Source: a virus (taxonomy: Duplodnaviria; Caudoviricetes). Taken from it: DNA of 64,000 nucleotides. Position numbers and translations under genes: made by a program. Position 1 is the first letter of the stretch. The number at the start of each line of letters is the position of its first letter. Below the pieces are notes generated by a model. The model did no database searches. It was given only the letters and a program-made list of their open reading frames with translations, and was not told where the DNA came from. Below are positions 61,036 through 64,000 of the stretch, in pieces. The stretch covers positions 1 to 64,000 of the IMG/VR virus record IMGVR_UViG_3300026023_000352. One strand, given 5' to 3'.

Positions 61036-61479
61036 ATGAACTGGGATGCCGCCGAAGCCGCGATCCGATCGCGCATTGAGTCGCAATGGGCGAGTGGCGC
61101 TTTCTCCAGCATTCCCCTTGTCTTTGAGAATGAGCAGGCGCCGAATAGCCCGAGCTACATGGTTGTGATTTTTGAAGGATACGACGCGGAAAAGGGCATC
61201 TACGGCAGTGTAGGCAAAAGGTACTCTGTAGACTTTGGTTTGGTACTTTTCCACTGCTTTATCCCAAGCGGATGGGGAAAGGCTGCCGCGTCCGCCCCAG
61301 TGCGAGCGCTGACGCAGATGATCGAGCTACAGACTATCTCTGCGGCGATCGATATGGACAAAGGGTTGCCGCCCTCGCCTACTGATTATGGCGATCTATT
61401 GACGCCAGCCGGACAGCCGGACGGTAATTACTATCGAATTTCTGGCCGCGTGTCGTTTATTATTCGCGGAAAGCTCTAG
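61036..61479 (+). CDS. Tail terminator-like protein
   Basis: 'AAIRSRI..W..FENE..G.V..F.P.G.G'; position. Confidence 0.7.
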   Translation: MNWDAAEAAIRSRIESQWASGAFSSIPLVFENEQAPNSPSYMVVIFEGYDAEKGIYGSVGKRYSVDFGLVLFHCFIPSGWGKAAASAPVRALTQMIELQTISAAIDMDKGLPPSPTDYGDLLTPAGQPDGNYYRISGRVSFIIRGKL

Positions 61480-61561
61480 AAAAACAATACACTGTTAATA
61501 AAGAACCCCGCGCGCCGCGGGCCTTCGGCGCTTGTTACAACTCTGCTGAAGGACGATACAG

Positions 61562-62038
61562 ATGGCTATTGCAGGTACACTCGGTGCACGGCTTTATACT
61601 AGTGCCACTGCTCTCACTAACACGGAATCCGCCGCTGATGCTATCGGCGATTTTACGGGCCTCACGATCGCTACTGAAATCGGCCTCATCGAGAGCATGG
61701 GAGAGTTTGGTAAGCTATACGATCTCGCCACCTTCCAGGCGGTAGGCGATGGTCGTATGAGGAAATTAAAAGGCGGTTTTAACGAGGGAAACTTAGCTCT
61801 TGTGTGTGGCCTTGATTTGTCTGATTCAGGTCAGGCCGCCTTGAAGACCTATGCTGACGCAGCAAACCAGAATGCCTATCCTTTTAAACTCACGATCGTC
61901 ACTGAGTCCGGAACAGACACTTATTACTTCGGCTGCAAGGTCATGTCCTTTAGGACGGTTCTCGGCAGCGTCAACAATGTGGTCAAGGTGAATATCAGCT
62001 TGGAAATCACCACGGGCGTCTTTACCGACGCATCGTAA
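61562..62038 (+). CDS. Major tail tube protein
   Basis: 'IESMGEFG..DGRMRKLKG..N.G..D..D.GQ.AL..YYF..VMS'. Confidence 0.82.
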   Translation: MAIAGTLGARLYTSATALTNTESAADAIGDFTGLTIATEIGLIESMGEFGKLYDLATFQAVGDGRMRKLKGGFNEGNLALVCGLDLSDSGQAALKTYADAANQNAYPFKLTIVTESGTDTYYFGCKVMSFRTVLGSVNNVVKVNISLEITTGVFTDAS

Positions 62039-62175
62039 GAATAATGCAGAACCGCGCCGACACGCGGTCGGGCTCGCTCGCAAGGGCGAGGTCTCGCGGG
62101 ACGGGAGCGAAGCCGGGTGTCGGCCCAGCTTCGCTCTCTTCGCGTTTATCCAAATCCTCCGACAAGGATATCTCT

Positions 62176-62541
62176 ATGTCTAGACTGAATGCCGGTGAAA
62201 CGGAAATAACTATCGGATCTGAAAAGCTGATCTTTCGCCCATCCCTTCGTGTTGCGAAAGATTTGAACAGAGTATTCGGCGCGCTCGGAAGCGTGATCGA
62301 AAAATTGCGGATTGCCGATTTAGACGCAGTAAATTCGGTTATTAAAATTTGTGCCGGGATTGATGATAAGCGCTCTCGGTTAATTGAGGAATGGGTTTGG
62401 GAGGAGATGGGTCGCAGCGACACGTCATTTGGTGAGCTGTTGGGAAATCTCATTAACTTTGTCGCGCTTATTCAGCGAGGTGGTCGGCCTGTGTTTTTCG
62501 AGGGTGATGTCATCGAGGCGCGCGACCAGGGAAACGAATAA
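62176..62541 (+). CDS. Tail assembly chaperone (G-like)
   Basis: Follows the tail tube gene; ends at a slippery site. Confidence 0.75.
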   Translation: MSRLNAGETEITIGSEKLIFRPSLRVAKDLNRVFGALGSVIEKLRIADLDAVNSVIKICAGIDDKRSRLIEEWVWEEMGRSDTSFGELLGNLINFVALIQRGGRPVFFEGDVIEARDQGNE

Positions 62542-62822
62542 CCATCGAGGATTATTATGACCGCCTCTATGAGCAGGCTGCCGGCTGGCTACCGTGGTCA
62601 GATGACCAAATCCTCGATTGCACGATAAGTCGTATTGAGATGGCGCTAAAAGGCAAGATCGACGTATTCAAAAAGACCTGGCCTTGGGGTCGGTCAAAAG
62701 AGGACGAAGAGGCCGAAGCATTTGCCAACATGCAGGCCGATCCAGGACTTGCGGCACAGCAGCTAAGTGCGATGTTTAAGGGTAGGCTGGCACGCGAGAA
62801 GCAGAGCCGGAAGAAGACGTAG
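62529..62822 (+). CDS. -1 frameshift extension of the tail assembly chaperone (GT-like)
   Basis: Slippery G GGA AAC at 62529-62535; the -1 frame is open: RITIEDYYDRLYEQAAGWLPWS..EMALKGK.. to TAG 62822. Confidence 0.8.
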   Translation, partial: GKRITIEDYYDRLYEQAAGWLPWSDDQILDCTISRIEMALKGKIDVFKKTWPWGRSKEDEEAEAFANMQADPGLAAQQLSAMFKGRLAREKQSRKKT

Positions 62823-62829
62823 GTGCATC

Positions 62830-63060
62830 ATGGCACGGTCGCGCAAAAAGACACCCGCTGGCGGCAATACGGTTGCCAAAAGCGATCAGCCCTGGAAGCG
62901 CCAATCCAGTCGCATTCTGCGGCGCCGCGTGCGTGAGGCCATCTGTGCTAGCCGGTTCGATGCCTTGCCTGATGAGCGCCTTGTTCGCGATCCCTGGACC
63001 TGGCCCAAAGACGGCAAGCAGTGGTACGGATTCAGCAATCCAAAGATGCTACGGAAATGA
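62830..63060 (+). CDS. Small basic hypothetical protein
   Basis: 'MARSRKKTP..K..R..DPW..PKDGK.W'. Confidence 0.6.
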   Translation: MARSRKKTPAGGNTVAKSDQPWKRQSSRILRRRVREAICASRFDALPDERLVRDPWTWPKDGKQWYGFSNPKMLRK

Positions 63061-63229
63061 TCGTCTAGCGCACTTAGCATTGCTGCGATCCTAACTGATA
63101 GGCTCATTCCGACCGACCTCCTGCGGGAAGCGCCGCAGAGAGATCAACCTCTGACTCCGCCGATGATCTCAATCTGTTTTGCAGGAGGGTGCCGATGGTT
63201 GCTGTTAGCGCCTTCCGGGTGGGTTGAGC

Positions 63230-64000
63230 ATGGCTGACGAACGCGCAGTTATCGTACTTGGATTTGAGTCCTTACCGGGCAGCAAACAGGTTGTTGACAA
63301 TCACAACAGAGACGGCAAGTCGCTCCAGGCTACTGACGCTGCTGTCGGTAAAGCGGCTCAAGATCGCGCCGACAAGAGTGAAAAGGCCGCGCGTCGCCAG
63401 GAGGAAGTGGCCAAGAGGCTAACAAAGGTCACAACGGAGGAGGCGGCAAAGCAGAAGGCTGCCGCCGAGTCTCTCAATAATATCATTTCGAACACGGAAA
63501 ACAGTCCCGTCCGCGACCAGGCGAAGACGGACCGATTCCTGGCCTCGATGGCTCGTGCGGCCGATCCACTTAGCGCCGCCTTGCGGAAGGCGCAGGGCGA
63601 AGTCTCTCGGCTCAGCGGTATAATTGCCAAAGGGATTGATGGCGAAGAAAAAGCTGCGCAAGCCACCCTTTCCTTAGCTGCAGCTAAGCTGAGGCTCGCC
63701 GATGCACAGCGCGCCGCGAACGTGGCCGCTGCCTCTGGCGAAAAAGGATTTTCCGCCCCAAACGATCTTACGAAATCAATTCGGGCGTATAGGGATCAGC
63801 TTGAGCCGACGCTGCCGATTCAGCGTGCTTTATACGAAAACATCGCGCGTATTAACGCTGCCGCGGCGGTGCTGGGTGGAATATCTCAGGCGCAGCGAAC
63901 AGACCTTATAAAGGCGGCGACTGACGAATATACGAAACAGGTTCGGATCGTGACTGGCCTCGCAGAGAGGGAGCGTGCTGCCGCTGTTGCACAAAAGGAT
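63230..64000 (+). CDS. Tape measure protein, N-terminal part (runs off the window)
   Basis: Open Ala/Gln/Lys-rich helical frame from ATG 63230 (MADERAVIVLGF..) after the chaperones. Confidence 0.75.
   Translation, partial: MADERAVIVLGFESLPGSKQVVDNHNRDGKSLQATDAAVGKAAQDRADKSEKAARRQEEVAKRLTKVTTEEAAKQKAAAESLNNIISNTENSPVRDQAKTDRFLASMARAADPLSAALRKAQGEVSRLSGIIAKGIDGEEKAAQATLSLAAAKLRLADAQRAANVAAASGEKGFSAPNDLTKSIRAYRDQLEPTLPIQRALYENIARINAAAAVLGGISQAQRTDLIKAATDEYTKQVRIVTGLAERERAAAVAQKD

Noticed and set aside
1-64000. Self-targets of the guides within this window
   Set aside because: Several single 9-mer matches exist (e.g. 7719, 12448, 19491, 39201, 55071), but the adjacent 9 nt did not match the partner spacer; expected by chance. 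My search by eye was not exhaustive
1-64000. Genome-wide TAG recoding (code 15)
   Set aside because: Only one internal TAG was found; several genes (e.g. ends at 50635, 52593, 60885, 61479, 62822) terminate sensibly at TAG

Overview
The whole window reads as one tailed dsDNA phage or prophage (siphovirus-like, HK97 capsid). The GapR/DUF2312 homologue and the NusG-like late regulator point to an alphaproteobacterial host. Gene order: lysis (0.7-1.6 kb); leftward accessory genes including a PAPS-reductase / IS1595-fragment / divergent PyrF operon (1.6-12.1 kb); CI/Cro switch (12.3-13.5 kb); rightward DNA metabolism and replication genes, with a primase-helicase and a 33-bp inverted-repeat origin candidate (14-26 kb); a guide-RNA locus (28.0-30.7 kb); NusG-like antiterminator; a leftward array of small genes sharing a start-associated motif (35-38.6 kb); then HNH, terminase, protease-capsid fusion, portal, many accessory virion genes, a glycosyltransferase cluster, tail genes and the start of the tape measure gene. 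The standout is a TIGR-Tas-like system. A Nop/IS110-C-terminal-domain protein with no nuclease domain (TasA-like, 29204-30361) is surrounded by 16 stem-loop units of the form CCA-N9-TGAYRCCCA-N9-TG. Nine units lie inside open reading frames at an exact, frame-preserving 72-nt period, suggesting DNA that encodes guides and protein at once. No integrase, attachment site or host gene was recognised. All calls come from reading motifs by eye; no database searches were run.
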